From the NCBI GenBank assembly GCA_907165135.1, contig OU015569.1, forward strand, positions 9,176,001 to 9,240,000: DNA of 64,000 nt. The letters run 5' to 3'. The notes under the pieces were generated by a model. It had not been told where the DNA came from, did not search any database, and saw only the letters and a list, made by a program, of their open reading frames with translations. Positions 33,836 to 45,693 of this stretch are shown here, piece by piece (the stretch's first letter is position 1; each line of letters begins with the position of its first letter). Position numbers and translations under genes: made by a program. The stretch is from Oikopleura dioica. Its lineage: Eukaryota; Animalia; Chordata.

Positions 33836-34623
33836 GAGTTAATTTGATACACTCGACAACCCAAGCATAAGTCCAATTTTAAATAGTTCAGCTTTTTTGG
33901 AGGCTATTATTTTTGAGCACAGAATAATTTCGCGGTGATTATCCAGATATGTATTACTCCGAGAAAAAGATACAATTTCAGCAGAGACAGACTAACTTTA
34001 AGTCTGATCGTAGTCTTGGATGGGTAAAGAACGGACAGCGCTGGGAAAAGAGTAAGTCTCAATTAGGGTTAGGATTTAATATCATGAATCATGGGGTAAG
34101 TGGTTAGGGTTAGGGTTTCATGATGATAACTTGAAAAAGCATTTATTCATTTATTACAGAATAAGTGAATCTGATCTTGCTGAACTCTCTCTTCTTAACG
34201 CCCCTCAGATAAGCCCTGCCTTGGCAGATTCAGCATTTTTCTTTATCATAGCGTCAGAGTTTCGTATTGCTTCCTCCTCAACGCTCAAACCCGAGCAAAA
34301 ATGAGATATTACTACGACTGGCTGCGTAACTATTACAGAGGAAGGTGGAGAGAGGAAGCACCTCCGGCCGAAGTTAATGGTAACTTATAGGGTACTCTAA
34401 AAATCGTTATAACTAAAATATTAGATTTTTTTAAAAATCGCAAAAAAGGGGAAATTTTTTTGCTCTGCACATAAATAAAATATTGCGGTGAAAAGAAATA
34501 CTCATTTTCGCCTTTTGTTAGGCGCTACGAAAGTTATAAAAAATGGTTCAGTCACTTCGCCTACGGGGGCATCGGATGATCCGAGCGCAGTTAAAAAAAA
34601 AACTTAGTTTCGGAGAGAGTTTT

Positions 34624-37143
34624 ATGAGTACTGAGTATAGCTATTTTACGCGATACTGGGCTAGGGTAACTGGTCTTTGGTACGGCGAAAAAAGTGATGA
34701 GCCCCCTTCGAAAAAGGCTAAAAGCGGTAAAATAATTATTTCCGATTTATTGTTTGTTTTTTTTTAAATAATTTCTTACACGAAAGATTGGAGCTTACTG
34801 TAAATTTTAGAAATAGAGCCATCTGCTATCAAGCTGAACGAGAAGAATTCTGACTGTGACTGGCGCCGCCGTGAAAATGGCTACAAACACCACACTGGAG
34901 AATACGTCCGCAAGGACAACTCGATGGTTGTTAGAAGAGGAGAGCCAGTTATCTTCACTGCTAAACTCAATCGAGACTTTGACCAGGAGAAGGATGTGAT
35001 AAAGATTGATCTCCGATACGGTGAAAATCCTTCCTTGACGGACGGGAGCCACATAATTGTTTCCAAAGTCGATGGGCCACCAAGTTACGATTGGGGCTTG
35101 GAGTTTTTGAGTGTTGACGGGGGAAACGTCGAAATGGCCTTGCATTCTCCTGCAAATGCTTTCATAGGCCGATACAAATGCGCAATATATCTTCAAACCG
35201 GCGACGACCACTGCCTTGACGAAGAGCCAGATCTGATTTTCATCTGTAACCCTTGGAATGAGACGGATGAGACATTTATGCACAACTCTGATGCACTCGA
35301 CGAATACATTTTGAACGAGCACGGAGGAATCTGGCGAGGAACAACTCAGTACTCAAGCCCTTGCATGTGGAATTTTGGCCAGTTCGAAGAAGATATTCTC
35401 GACGTTGCCTTGTATCTGATTGGAAATGATCCCCGAATCAAGGGCAAGAAAGGTCTCCAAAAGACGAGAGATCCAGTCTGGCTTTCGCGAATCCTCTCAG
35501 CGGGAGCTAATTCTAGCGAAGGAGGAGTTCTTACCGGTAACTGGTCTGGCAAATACGACGGCGGTGTCAGTCCAGTAACCTGGTCCGGTTCCGTGAAAAT
35601 TTTGCAACAGTACTGGGAAACGAAGTCTGACGTGAAATTCGGACAGTGTTGGGTATTTTCTGGTGTGATGACCACTCTCTTGCGTACTATTGGCATTCCA
35701 GCGCGTTCCGTGACCAACTTTGCGTCCGCGCACGATACAGACAATACAATGACCATCGACGATTTCGTCGACGAAAAAAATAACGAGGTGAAGGGCTTGT
35801 CCAGCGACTCTGTTTGGAATTTCCACGTCTGGAATGAAGTATGGCTCAGAGGAACAGGCCATTGGCCGGCGGTTTACGCTGGTTGGGCTGCAGTTGACGC
35901 AACACCACAGGTACATAAAATTGGGTACTTATTTTCGCTATGATTTTTTGAAAGGAAGAGTCCCGTGGAATGATGCAGTGTGGTCCTGCTCCGCTGAAGG
36001 CGATTAAAGATGGAGAGATCTACGTTGGTTATGACACAGGCTTTGTCTTCGGCGAAGTCAACGCTGACCGAGTCACTTGGGTAGTCGAACAAGACGGTGA
36101 CACTTCGTACATAAAATCCATGGGATCGCGACGAAACAGATCCGTTGGAATAAACATTTCTACAAAAGCAATCGGTTCTTACAGTCGTCACTTGCTCACA
36201 GACGATTACAAGTATCAGGAAGGTACAGAAGAAGAAAGAGAAGCTTTCTCGACTGCGTATGCTTTCAGGTTTGAACGTTTCCTAACAATTTATGAATTCA
36301 CGCAAATTTCAGTTCTCGCCCAAGTTACTATTCTAAATTCCTCGACTGCGAAAAAGATGGCAAACAGGTTGACATACAAATTTCGCTTGAACCGGAAGTG
36401 CCTCAAAACGGCGAAGACTTGTCAATCTCTATCAGGGTCGCCAACTTGACGGGCTCTGACATTTCTGCGAACGTAAACAGCGCTCTTAGAGCCTGTTTTT
36501 ATACAGGCGAAAAGCGGCAACTGGTAGCAGTTCAAGAGGCAGACGATGAAACTATCGCAGCTGAGCAATGTAAGAAGCATTATTTTTTTCTAAAAAATGA
36601 TTCTGATAGCGGCCGAATACTCAATGGTTGTTCCTTACACAGAATACGGAGGCAAATTTGCTGACGACCAAATGTCGATGCGACTTGATGCCTGTGTAAC
36701 TACTGGTGGCAAGACATACACTGAACTGCTGGAATTCCAATTTTTCAATAAGTCTTCAGTGCGCATCGAGGTTGAATATAAAAGTAATTCTAAATTAAAC
36801 CAAGATCTTTTAAGTTTGACGTTGAAGAGGCAAAACTCGGCGAGGAGCTTACTGCTAGTGTGATTTTTACGAACCCGCTCGATATTGATCTGACAAACCT
36901 GACGATCACGATCGAAGGCGCTGGCCTAACAAGACCAACCTGCATTGACTTAGAGTTTGTCTTTCTATGAATATCGAAAAACTTAATTTCACATTTAGAG
37001 GCTTCGTTGAACCCAAGCAGGAAGCCGAAATATCACTGAAAATCAAGCCTCACAAATTGGGTGAGCGAATGCTTCTTGTTGATATCGATGCCCAGGAACT
37101 CAAGGATCTCAAAGGACAAGCAATCATCAATGTCGTCGAATAA
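34624..37143 (+). CDS. tgm: Protein-glutamine gamma-glutamyltransferase (transglutaminase)
   Basis: MVVRRGEP N-terminal sandwich; catalytic triad KFGQCWVFSGV (Cys), NFHVWNE (His), AVDATPQ (Asp); GPAPLKAIKDG; C-terminal barrels; ends GQAIINVVE*. The start exon (34624) is inferred. Confidence 0.95.
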
Positions 37144-37223
37144 TCACGTGCCCAAAAATTCCCTCTTATTAGAAAATAAACAAAAAAAGCTATCAAGTGC
37201 TTCATCTTCTTTATTTTTACGAG

Positions 37224-39175
37224 TTACAACGAGATTTCTTCATCTGAACGAAGAGAGTGAAACTGTTCTTCGTCGACAGGTGGATTTTCTTCTGGAAGGT
37301 CTTTGAAAACATGGTCGTCTCTGTCCGGCAAATCATATAGCATCATCTCTTCAGATATGCTGCTTAGACGATAAGAGTTTTTCGCCGACTTTTTCTTTCG
37401 ATAAGACCACTCCTCCACCATTCTCCAGTTTTCTTCTTGAACTAAATCAGCAGTTTATCAAATTGTGAAAATTAAAGTTATCAAAGACTTACATATTATC
37501 ATATATAGACAGCAAAATATACTCGAGAAGGCGGGAAAGGTTTCTTTAAAGAAATATACCGCTGGCCGTAACCGACTTTCTGAATAAACGTCTGGCATAT
37601 TTTGACTCGTATAAGATTCATTCGTTGAGACAGCCAAGCTGTTATCAAAGCAAAATCGTTGATCCTTTTTGCTTTCTTCTGAACCAACATAGTCGCCAAT
37701 TAAAAAAGCATCCATCAAGCTCCAGTTTCCTGATGAAAGAAATAATCTCCTAATTGTGATCTATAACTCTACCCTTCGAGAGGTGTTCAAGCTCAATAAA
37801 TTTCAATCGTTCTGAGATGTCGAAGGAATAGAAAAATAATCGCTGTAAACCAAATAGTGGAATAACAATTGCTGTTGCTCTGTAATAGGTTGATTTCAAA
37901 AAGCATGTAAAAACAAGTATGCGCAGTTCAACCAAACTGATAAATCGTAAATTAGGGTTAACAGTTCGATTGCAAGCTTCCGCTCTCTTTTTCCATAAGA
38001 TAAATATTATTCTCAAAACGAATAGAACAGCAATCGCGCTGCTGCAGAGTCCGTAAATATTCAAAATGAAACCATTGATGCAATCGTTGGGAAATCCCTC
38101 AAGAAAAGTCGCGTTTGTCGTTTTTAGCTGATTATCCAAAATCCACAGGGTCATTGCCATAGATGGGAAAAGCCAAGCAGTTATATTAAAGACACTTATC
38201 ATCTTCTTATGAATATTGTATGATGCTGTTTCCAGTAAATACCAAAACTAGAAAGGTTATCTGAAATCTATGAGATAGGTCTTACTTAAATTCAAGTTCA
38301 AATTTTTAGTCTCGCTTTCGAAAAATAACTCTATTTCGAACTTTTGCTGAGCCTGCTTCTATTGTCATGACGGTAACCAACACGAGAGGAAAGTACTCCC
38401 TAAAAATGAGCAAAATCTTGCAGAAGTGGATAATATCTTCTCCAGAGCAATAACACTCGTCCAGTTCCCTTACAACGCTGTGAGTAGTGGACGACAGGAT
38501 TAGGTGAATGTTCATAGTCGTGGTGAGCTTTTTCTCCATTTGTGTTCGGTAGGCGACTATCAAAATAAAAGGAAGGGATGCAAGATGAATGATTTGTGAG
38601 AAGACATCGAAGATCTCAAATGATCTGTTCAAGTTGCCAGTCAAAAACGAATAGTGAATCATCTGGTAATCTTTCAGTGTTTCCTTCATTTCATTTCGGA
38701 TTTTAGAAATGAATCGCAACGAAAAATTGGGAAATATAATAAAATCCTCATCTTTTAGGAAAAGTGGAACACTAAAGTTGAGCTCGGTAGCTTCGAACTG
38801 ACTGAGGGGCGGTAAAGTATGGCCCAAAGAATCTTTAATATCGGAATTAGAAATGATAAAATTAAAAATAGCGACCTTTATTTCCAGGGAGACATGTTTC
38901 ATCTGTGAAGGTATTAGAATTCTTACTGATCCAATTTCCACAATGAATCGAGTCGAACCAAACTGGGCAGTAGTGATAGGAGTCGTATAATTTCGGATTG
39001 AGCTCTCTTCTGCACGTAAAATGATTACGGCTGAGGTTCTTGTATTGACAGTAAAACCCAAATGGTTCGTTGCCAATATAGTGCATGACCATATCGTTCG
39101 ACTCACAATAGCCTTATGATTTAGGGTTAGGGTATAAAGCTGAAAAAAGGCAGACCTTTGCATCTTTCTATACAT
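37224..39175 (-). CDS. Divergent class B (secretin-like) GPCR
   Basis: Hormone-binding-like YCPVWFDSIHC; TM2 NIHLIL; TM3 FCKILLIFREYF...MTIEA; TM4 AWLFPSMAMTLW; TM6 YRATAIVIPLFGLQRLFF; acidic C-tail. Confidence 0.65.
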
Positions 39176-39489
39176 GCAGAGCTTTGATTATGAGAACGTT
39201 CATTCCACCTTTCTGAGTATTCGTTATGAATTCTCGTGCTCGTGCTTGTGTAACTAAATCATTGTCAATATACAAACTTCTTTCTCCTACATTACATTAT
39301 CAAAAGAAAAATGTAGAAAATACCAACTAGAACAGAAAAAAAGACGCTTCCTTTCACACTTATTATGTATTTCTTTATAAAAACATAAATCTTTCGCGGC
39401 ATTTCTCTGAGAAATCAACTGATTATAATATGCGGCCGTTTTCAGCTTTATATGAATATAGTGCCACACACGGCATCTTGTTTCCAATA

Positions 39490-40430
39490 ATGCTTAGACC
39501 TCATCTCAACTCATTCGGGTCTTATAAATGTGTCACAGCTTTATTAACCGACTTCTCCACTGGTCAGTTTTTATTATTTGTGTACTTAGGAAGCTAAGAA
39601 AGACATCAAAATTCTGAAGGATGCAGTCAATTTGATCTCCAGTGGACCAAAAAGATTTCATCAAAAAGAACCTATAAATCTTATTTTCCGCTTGACTATC
39701 GTGAAATCCTTTGTCCCAAACCAGCGTGGGAGCTTAGTATTTGCTGCCAGAAAACACACACGAAGTCAGAGTGTGTTTTTTACATTTAAAAGAGAATGGA
39801 AGATATTAATGAAGAGGAATTGGTAGTTGATTATGGGCGAGCATCTGTGATCTACGAAGATGACAACCAGATTGCCAGCGCGGTAAATTTGAAAGGACAA
39901 GGACGAAATGGATATTGGATGCTGAGTATCCAAAAAGCAGACCCCGACGAAATCATGTTCCAGTACACATGTGAATCTTTTTTACTCGTGAGTTCGAATA
40001 AAGCTTCAATTATCATGGCAATTTTTAGCAAAGGCATTGCCGAAATGTCATCATTCCTGGATTTATTCGATCTGCCAGGGATCTTTTCAACAAACAAGCT
40101 GGGGTGACTTAAAATTATTATGATTCAGGAACGTAATTGAATATTAGCAAGAAATAAAGACGTGGAAAGGAATTTCTTGCGAGCTGACCGCAGAGGAAAA
40201 GAAGATAGTTTCAGAACAATGGACTGAGCATGAATCGAGCTGGATCTCCCCAAAATGTCACGATCTCCATTTTCACTGCAGCGCTCACAAGCTCGATGGA
40301 ATATTCGAAATCAACTACTCCTTTATTGTAAGTCTTCAATCAACAAACAAACTGCATCAAAAAATTAAGTCTGAAGACGATGGAACTCATCAAGGACACA
40401 TCTACTGGTCAGAAAAAGATGGAAAAATAG
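39490..40430 (+). CDS. Hypothetical multi-exon protein
   Basis: ORF 39796-40107 plus flanking exon-like segments with GT-AG borders. No family recognised. Confidence 0.3.
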
Positions 40431-40682
40431 AGCACCATTAAAAGCTTGTTCTCTAATAAAAACTCTTGCCTTTGAATCAAATAGAGTTTCATCATTATTT
40501 AAAGTTGAATAATGCCAAATAGCCTGAATATTAGGGCTAATAAGAATAATTGCGCATCTAAAATAGTCGAAATGCTGCGGGGGAAAGACTTTTCTGATTA
40601 GAAGTCGCGCGACAAAATGAGTAGCAATTACTCGAAAGCTAAAAATCCACCTTGAGATCTCAGATCAAATTTTTCGAGGAAA

Positions 40683-41420
40683 ATGAAACGATTTTTGAGC
40701 TTTTTACTGGTTTTGTCTGTAAGAGGCCAGGAAGAGAGTGAAGAGGAGGGGCCACAGGTTGATCCAAATGTTTTATTCATGACGTAAGTTTGCAGAGAAT
40801 AACGAAAAATCTGAATTGTGAAAAAAGGCACTTACTTTTTTCAGGCAATATGGATCGATGCAAGGCTCGTTGGCGATTCCTTTTCTGATGGCCGGAGGAG
40901 GGAATGGCCAGTCAGCAGATTATTTACAGTATTTGCTTCTTAAAAACAGCGACACATGCGACGACGCAACAAAAGCCCTAACGTACATGATGATGTTTAC
41001 GGTAGGACTCGATTCAAATCATGCGAATCGATAATTTTTCCATCATTGAAGACCGTCTTATACTTTCTTAGTCTGACGATGTTATCCCCCTTCTTCCGAT
41101 GATGATGACTAGGCTGTCTTCTAATTATAAAACGCTGTCGATGTTTTATCTGATGAACAAGTGTTAGTTCGGCTATGTTTAAATAATCTGAGACTATCAA
41201 AATTTTAGTGAATCGACGAGTGCTTGATCCGTACGGCCGAGTCACTAGAGCCGGTCTAGACATGCAATCATTGATGATTTACCAAGATCTCAGAAAATCT
41301 TGTGGCACTTCTTCGACAACGACCACTGACGCGACGACTACGACGGTGACCACTACTACGACATCTATTACAACAACATCTGTCGCCAATGGTGCTTTTC
41401 CGCTAGCGCCCATCGGCTAA
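40683..41420 (+). CDS. Small secreted Met/Leu-rich protein with poly-Thr tail
   Basis: Signal peptide MKRFLSFLLVLSVRG; segments AIPFLMAGGG, LTYMMMFT and IPLLPMMMTRL; ends CGTSSTTTTDATTTTVTTTTT...FPLAPIG*. Confidence 0.45.
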
Positions 41421-41887
41421 ACTTTCTGCTCTCCCGTATTTTTATATCATTTTCCAATAAATGCGATCCTTTTATACTTTCTCAAAGATCTCTACTTTCT
41501 TCATCACACTTTCAATCATCCGTGAATTCATGATATCTGCGCGTATACGAGACAAAATTCGCTTTCTGAACGCCCGAGGTCAAGATCGGCCGTATTTAGC
41601 TGATTGGGTAGTGAGCAAAAGACATCAACCTCGATGTCGGTGAACGTATTTACGATTTTATTCTGTATCTCGATAGTCTGCATGTAAGTAAATACAAAAA
41701 TGAGTAATTCAACGCCGGAAAAGAGGCGTTGATGCGATGAAAGATTTAAAAGATAGTCTAATTTCAGCATAATTACGACAATAGTGAGCCACAAGAGAAT
41801 GACCGATATCGCAATGGAAGAACACCACTTATCCTCGACGCAGTCGCTCTACAACTTCACGCGCAAAGGGAAACCTGTTACACATAG

Positions 41888-42120
41888 TGTAAGCGTCTAA
41901 GTACTGCGGTATGCTCTCTATACTAGACGGTTCTCTTGCAGCTAGTCGTAGCCTCTACTGTATTCTTCAATAAAACACGAGAAAGGTAGTTTCCGATAAA
42001 ACGTGTATTCTGCACTTTTACTGTGCGCGGACTGAAGCAGTGAACGTAAAAGTGGCAGAGAAGAGCGCGGCGCGAGATCCTGATCAGATCTCTAACCGAC
42101 TTTAGCACTTAGACCTCACA
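41888..42120 (-). repeat. 3' LTR (233 bp)
   Basis: tgtaagcgtc...agacctcaca, identical to 45694-45926. Confidence 0.97.
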
Positions 42121-42391
42121 GCTCCCCAGATTCTAGAGACGTTTCGAGAATCTTCAGTTGAAGAGTTGAAGTCGGAGAGATGAGTCATCTTAGTTGAGCA
42201 GAAGGGAAAGGAGAAAGGAAAGGCGGCCAATCAGCTCGGCGCGGCGTCGGAATTGCACCAGCACAGAGTCGAAAAGTCGAGAAATGTCGGACGAAGATCG
42301 AACCATTTCCGGACAGCGACAGCCAATCAGAGCGCGAGAAGAAGTAGACACACGCGAGACGAGTTTTCTTTTTAAAAAAACTCCTCCTTTT

Positions 42392-44155
42392 CTACGAATA
42401 ACTCTTGCGAGTTGGGTCAACTTGAATCAGAGAAGGTTTTTTCCTGATTCGACCACCACGGACGGTCAAATTTTCGAAGATGGAAGAAAGATCAGCTGAC
42501 GAAGATGACGAAGACAAATGATGTCCATTTAGAGAGTCTGCTGCACAGCCACGAGGAGCAGAAGTCGTCTCACCAGGTAAATCTTGAACTTTATTTTCCA
42601 CCAAGTCGGTCGAGCGAGGTGTAGTTGAAGTTGATGTTGGAGGGGCGGAAGCGGTCGAATTTCTAGCAGTCGAGGGAGGAATTGAAGCAGAATTTTTGCG
42701 CTTCGGATCAGGCGACGAGTCGGGACTCGCCCTTTTCCTCTTTTTTCTAGTAGACTTGCCAGAGGTTGTTTTTTGCTTTTCAGCAGCCGGCCTCCCAACC
42801 TTTGGTAATTTTGCTAGAGGTTCAGAATATGAACCAGAAGCGCCGACCGGACGATTTTGAGGAGAATCAAGATCATCGCCACAGACGAGCTCTTGTTCTA
42901 AAGCGCGGTCGGAGGGAGATTTGAGATGATCTTTGCGCGGAGGTACCAGACGCAGATGAGATCGGTGAACCCAGTCACAAAAGTCGGCTCCGTCGACGAT
43001 TTTCACCACCGATTCGGAGGCTTTTACGACTTTGTAAGGGCCTATCCAGTTACAGTTGGAGTCCTTGGCAGCCTTAGTGACGGGTCTGTAGAGATGAACC
43101 ATGTCGCCGTATTTGAGAAGGCGAGCACGATGAAGACGCTTATGTTGGCGTTCTAGAGCCAGGTCAGCGGAGCGGTTGGCGATTTTCGCCAATTTTGAGA
43201 GCATTTGAATCCGCTTCTTGACGATTTTGCCGTAAGTTTCAGGCGAGTTAGAGCGTACATCGGGGTCATGTAGAGTTTCAGGAACTGTGAAGTTAGGGCG
43301 ACGGCCAGTAACGAGAGTATGAGGTACCTGACCAGTAGACCTGTTCCTGTGAGAGTTCATGAAGGCGACGCAGTAAGGGACAGCATCAACCCAAGTCATG
43401 TTTCGCTCATGAGTCAACATGAAAATCATGTCCTTGAAGGTTCTGTGGGACCTTTCAAGATTACCAGTAGATTCAGGGCGATAAGCGGTGTGATACTGCG
43501 GCGTGATACCAAGTTGAGAGTAGAGTTCCTTCATAGTAGCAGAGACGAATGCGGTACCACGGTCAGAACTGACGATTTTTGGCACAACTTGATGCCGTAG
43601 AACCACCTCTTCGACGATTGTGCGTGCAGCATCGATCGCTCGCTCCCCAGTGCAAGCTCGAGCGACGAAAAATCGCGTGAATGTGTCGAGAACAGTGCAG
43701 CAGAACCGCTTGCCAGAGCAGTTGGGGAAGACGGTAAAGTCGATCATGATCGTTTCGAAGGGCTTAGAGCCGCGGGGAACATGTTGCATTTGAGGAAGAG
43801 CCACTTGCCCTTGGTTACCTTTGCGCTTCGCGCAAATCATGCAGCTCTGCACATAGTTTTGTGCATCTTCTTGATAGCGAGGCCACCAGTAGCTGCTGAG
43901 AGATTCGATTACTCGAGGTACACCAGGGTGAGCTGAGTTGTCATGAGCTTTTCGAAGTTGCTCAATCGCGAGTTTAGGCGGTAAAACTTGGCGCTTTTTA
44001 CCATTGCGCACGTGGAGAAGTACATTTGTACGGGAACAAATGCGGAAATGCTGCCAGTTGACGCGATACAATTCGTAGTTAGAATCGCGCTTGTCGAGTA
44101 GAACTTGCTTTGGGTCGCGTTTGTGCTTTTCTAGAGCATCAATGAGCTTCGCCAA
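42392..44155 (-). CDS. Retrotransposon integrase with long Ser/Lys/Arg-rich C-terminal extension
   Basis: HHCC finger (H..SAHPG...CMIC); DDE core IMIDFT / SSDRG / GNLERSH; GPY motif (WIGPYKV). The same frame appears open upstream to about 44396. Confidence 0.95.
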   Translation of the reverse strand: MAKLIDALEKHKRDPKQVLLDKRDSNYELYRVNWQHFRICSRTNVLLHVRNGKKRQVLPPKLAIEQLRKAHDNSAHPGVPRVIESLSSYWWPRYQEDAQNYVQSCMICAKRKGNQGQVALPQMQHVPRGSKPFETIMIDFTVFPNCSGKRFCCTVLDTFTRFFVARACTGERAIDAARTIVEEVVLRHQVVPKIVSSDRGTAFVSATMKELYSQLGITPQYHTAYRPESTGNLERSHRTFKDMIFMLTHERNMTWVDAVPYCVAFMNSHRNRSTGQVPHTLVTGRRPNFTVPETLHDPDVRSNSPETYGKIVKKRIQMLSKLAKIANRSADLALERQHKRLHRARLLKYGDMVHLYRPVTKAAKDSNCNWIGPYKVVKASESVVKIVDGADFCDWVHRSHLRLVPPRKDHLKSPSDRALEQELVCGDDLDSPQNRPVGASGSYSEPLAKLPKVGRPAAEKQKTTSGKSTRKKRKRASPDSSPDPKRKNSASIPPSTARNSTASAPPTSTSTTPRSTDLVENKVQDLPGETTSAPRGCAADSLNGHHLSSSSSSADLSSIFENLTVRGGRIRKKPSLIQVDPTRKSYS

Positions 44156-45090
44156 ACCCGAGTCGGCGCGCTGGGCATTAGCAAGTTGAAGGAGATCTTC
44201 GACATTCTGGTTGAGGGTGAACTCGTCGCCAGTGGAGCATGTAAGTGCGCGAGTGAGACCTTCGCGGAGCGGTTTCGAGGGAGAGGATTTCGGCGGGATA
44301 ACAGTATCCTTGGTACACCAGCTGGGGATGTAAGCGCGGAGGCCACCGAAGTCGACAAATTTACCGGCTGACTTCTGATTGTCAGACGGAGGGTCCTTTT
44401 GACGCCAAAGGGCCGCGAGAAGAGATCTGCCCAGACATTCTGCTCGCCAGGGAGATACTCCACGATGAACCTGTACGCGCTCAGTTCGTCCATCCAGCGG
44501 GCCAGTTTTGCGTTCTTGTGGTCGACCGAGTCGATATATTGAAGAGCTCGATGGTCGGTTTTGACCACAAAGGGCTTGCCACGTAGGAAGTACTGAAATC
44601 TGCGGACGCCGAACAAAATGCCGTAGGCCTCGCGTTCCGTGCAGCTCCAGCGCTGCTCGACGGAAGTGAGAGTTTGAGAAGCGACGCCGACGATTCTGTC
44701 GAATCCATCTTGCTGTTGAAGTAAGACGGCGCCGACGGCAACTGCAGAAGCATCAGTGCAGAGAAGAAAGTCGAGTGAGGGATCGGGAAACGAGATGACT
44801 GGGCTTGTACGGAGCCGCTTTTTCACGCGCTCAAAAGCCTCCTGGGCTTTTGTGGTCCACGTGAAATCGCCATCTTTGTTGAGCTGATTGAGCTGAAAAA
44901 CAAGCTGCGAGAAGCAACTTGTGTCGATCCGCTCGGACATTCGAGTTTCGAGAAATTCTCGGATGAAGGTGAGCTTTCCGAGAAGTGCGCGTAGTTCGGT
45001 GCGATTTGTAGGTTGAACGAAGGCATCAACTCCAGCGACGTATTCTGGGTCCACGGACATCCCCTTAGGCGAGACGAGAGAGAGATGCAC
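44131..45090 (-). CDS. Truncated pol fragment: RT thumb/connection + RNase H
   Basis: VSPKGMSVDP, ELRALLG, FTWT...AFERVK, LCTDASAVAVGAVL, EREAYGI, TDHRAL, LARW...YLPGEQNVWADLFSR. No YxDD core. Frameshift near 44397-44400. Confidence 0.93.
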   Translation of the reverse strand: MHLSLVSPKGMSVDPEYVAGVDAFVQPTNRTELRALLGKLTFIREFLETRMSERIDTSCFSQLVFQLNQLNKDGDFTWTTKAQEAFERVKKRLRTSPVISFPDPSLDFLLCTDASAVAVGAVLLQQQDGFDRIVGVASQTLTSVEQRWSCTEREAYGILFGVRRFQYFLRGKPFVVKTDHRALQYIDSVDHKNAKLARWMDELSAYRFIVEYLPGEQNVWADLFSRPFGVKRTLRLTIRSQPVNLSTSVASALTSPAGVPRILLSRRNPLPRNRSAKVSLAHLHAPLATSSPSTRMSKISFNLLMPSAPTRVWRSSLML

Positions 45091-45693
45091 GAGTTGATTT
45101 GGTCTTCAGAGAGCATGAGCGCGTAACAGGCGCTGGTAGAAGACATTTTGGCGGGCCGAGATGTCGTTGTAGATTAAGATCGGCGAAGTTCGCGGGGTTT
45201 CGTTGGCGGGATTGATCAAAATCGGCGGCGCGGCGTAACGGAATTTGCGGTAAAGGGTTCACAACGAAGATATTGTACCTTTACGGAGCGCTCAAGTAAC
45301 TGGAGTTTTCCTTGAGCGGCGCACGTGGCGACTTTTTCACGTAGTGTGAGTGTTCCAGGGGGCCGGCGGCGAAATGAGCAATTCAGGCGCGGTCGGAGAC
45401 GAGTTCCACGGTGTCGCGGCGATAAATGCGGCAGTTAGGGTTTTGACAACTTTGACTGACCTCGTTAGTGCGCACAGAAGGGTTACTGTGCGGCGCGCGG
45501 ACGCGACTTGATTCACGAGCTCCAGCGGTTTATCGAACACGGGAACGGCGGAAGATCGCTCGATCGACTTGGCGAGTGGTCACACCAAGTAAATAACACT
45601 TCTAGCTTTGCAGCAGGAAGTGCCGGTGATGAGGGCGAACGATGAGTTCGGAAGAGTCCAGTGAAGAAAGAAGCCTAGCGTATTGTCACCAGA

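Noticed and set aside
34807-36191. Long antisense ORFs overlapping TGase, Cav2, Amt and the Cys-rich gene
   Set aside because: They are shadows of codon bias in the real opposite-strand genes and have no protein signatures.
39121-39132. TTAGGGTTAGGG telomere-like doublet
   Set aside because: Only two units, within the GPCR reading frame (TLTLN), so chance is sufficient.
40860-41300. Apparent catalytically dead astacin (YMMMFTVGLDSNHANR aligned to HExxHxxGxxH)
   Set aside because: The VGLDSNH part lies after a good GT donor (acg|gtagga) and ends in a stop, so it is probably intronic. The spliced product looks like a Met-rich low-complexity protein.
42121-42391. Possible env gene of the Tor-like element
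   Set aside because: Only about 270 nt lie between the integrase stop and the 3' LTR, with no signal-peptide or TM ORF.
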